Shown piece after piece: positions 15,590-16,413 of a stretch of DNA of 16,413 nt; the stretch's first letter is position 1; each line of letters opens with the position of its first letter. A program made the translations under genes and the position numbers. The stretch comes from a candidate division WOR-3 bacterium (GTDB lineage Bacteria > Hydrothermota > Tepidihabitantia > SM23-42 > JAOAFX01), in assembly GCA_039802265.1 (NCBI GenBank), contig JBDRWI010000050.1, forward strand, positions 1 through 16,413, given 5' to 3'. The notes under the pieces were generated by a model. The model worked only from the letters and a program-made list of their open reading frames with translations. It was not told the DNA's origin and made no database searches.

Positions 15590-16198
15590 ATGATCTACAA
15601 GAATGTAACTCTGGGTAAGAATATTATCATTCAGGAAGGTGTTTATATTGGTATACCAAGTCGCGAATTTTTGACAAGACCCGAAAAAGAATGGCCCAGA
15701 ACCATTATTGGAGATGATGCAATAATCCGGGTTGGTACCGTTATCTATTGCAATGTAAAGATTGGCAATCGGTTTAAATCCGGACACAATGTCTTGATTC
15801 GGGAGAATACTATCATAGGCAATAATGTCCTTCTGGGAACCAATACCGTGGTTGATGGTTACACTACGATCGGTAGTAATGTCAGCATTCAGTCAATGGT
15901 CTATATACCAACCGATTCAGTGATAGAGGATAATGTATTCATTGCGCCCAATGCCGTCTTTACAAATGATTTCTATCCAATAAGGAAGAAATTAAAACTC
16001 GTTGGACCGATATTAAGAAAGGGTGTAACAATTGGGGCAAACAGTACCGTTCTTCCGGGAATTGAAATTGGCGAAGGGGCTTTTGTCGCCGCCGGTGCGG
16101 TTGTTACCAAAAATGTCCCTCCCTGGACCCTTGCCATCGGTATCCCAGCAAGGATAAAAGACCTGCCCGCCGATCTAAAGACATTAAACATTATTTAA
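15590..16198 (+). CDS. Hexapeptide-repeat (left-handed beta-helix) acyltransferase, WbpD/WxcM-like sugar N-acetyltransferase family
   Basis: Repeated [LIV]-G-xxxx hexapeptides, [43 protein letters not shown]....GIPAR; AAGGAG RBS. Confidence 0.88.
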   Translation: MIYKNVTLGKNIIIQEGVYIGIPSREFLTRPEKEWPRTIIGDDAIIRVGTVIYCNVKIGNRFKSGHNVLIRENTIIGNNVLLGTNTVVDGYTTIGSNVSIQSMVYIPTDSVIEDNVFIAPNAVFTNDFYPIRKKLKLVGPILRKGVTIGANSTVLPGIEIGEGAFVAAGAVVTKNVPPWTLAIGIPARIKDLPADLKTLNII

Positions 16199-16285
16199 AG
16201 CTACAGGTTCTCACCTAAATCTTCTGGATTGAATCATGGGTTCTTAATGATATATCTCTGTTGATTCTTGGCGAGCCAAATATTT

Positions 16286-16339
16286 CATTGTATAGGAATT
16301 TGAAAAATTCCTATACAATGGTAATGAAATTTTTCATTA
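16286..16339. promoter_or_regulatory. Two adjacent perfect inverted repeats upstream of the next gene
   Basis: CATTGTATAGGAATTT-GAA-AAATTCCTATACAATG (16-bp arms, 16286-16320) and TAATGAAA-TT-TTTCATTA (16322-16339). Confidence 0.55.
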
Positions 16340-16378
16340 TAGTTAAAAAAAACCACAAGATATTCAGGGGAGGATGAT

Positions 16379-16413
16379 ATGAAAATGGTCTCCGCACAAA
16401 GAGACGGTTTGCT
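16379..16413 (+). CDS. Probable 5' fragment of the next gene (unidentifiable)
   Basis: GGAGG at 16369-16373, ATG 16379, frame open to the window end (MKMVSAQRDGL...). Confidence 0.4.
   Translation, partial: MKMVSAQRDGL

Noticed and set aside
1166..16191. Remaining short (60-95 aa) ORFs in the six-frame track
   Set aside because: They lie within or antisense to well-supported genes and show no recognisable motifs.

Overview
AT-rich bacterial chromosome segment from a diderm organism. lptF/lptG, a T9SS-like C-terminal domain and a DUF5916 barrel suggest an FCB-adjacent lineage such as WOR-3; this is inference only. In order: a TldD/PmbA-like gene cut off at a GTAG-type REP hairpin; a DUF5916/CBM9-like outer-membrane gene between two direct arrays of a 10-bp GGCAAT repeat; a secreted beta-propeller + alpha/beta-hydrolase + T9SS-type CTD protein; an alternative lipoate-assembly cluster (lipoate ligase fused to a Cys-rich DUF116-like domain, LipT-like flavoprotein, LipS1, LipS2); tRNA-Asp; a minus-strand unit (tRNA-Gly, LPP20-like protein, TPR/SLH-like lipoprotein, lptF, lptG); secG-rplU-rpmA; and a hexapeptide acyltransferase. 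The most unusual signals are these. (1) An ORF whose ATG sits at the predicted +1 of a consensus promoter reads in frame through all of tRNA-Gly into a signal-peptide-like segment of the downstream protein. (2) Leaderless or near-leaderless uORFs overlap downstream start codons. (3) All five recognisable sigma70-type promoters have a 16-bp spacer. (4) Helical-period repeat arrays flank a single gene. (5) A possible ~150-nt structured RNA follows rpmA. All calls are by eye; no searches were run.
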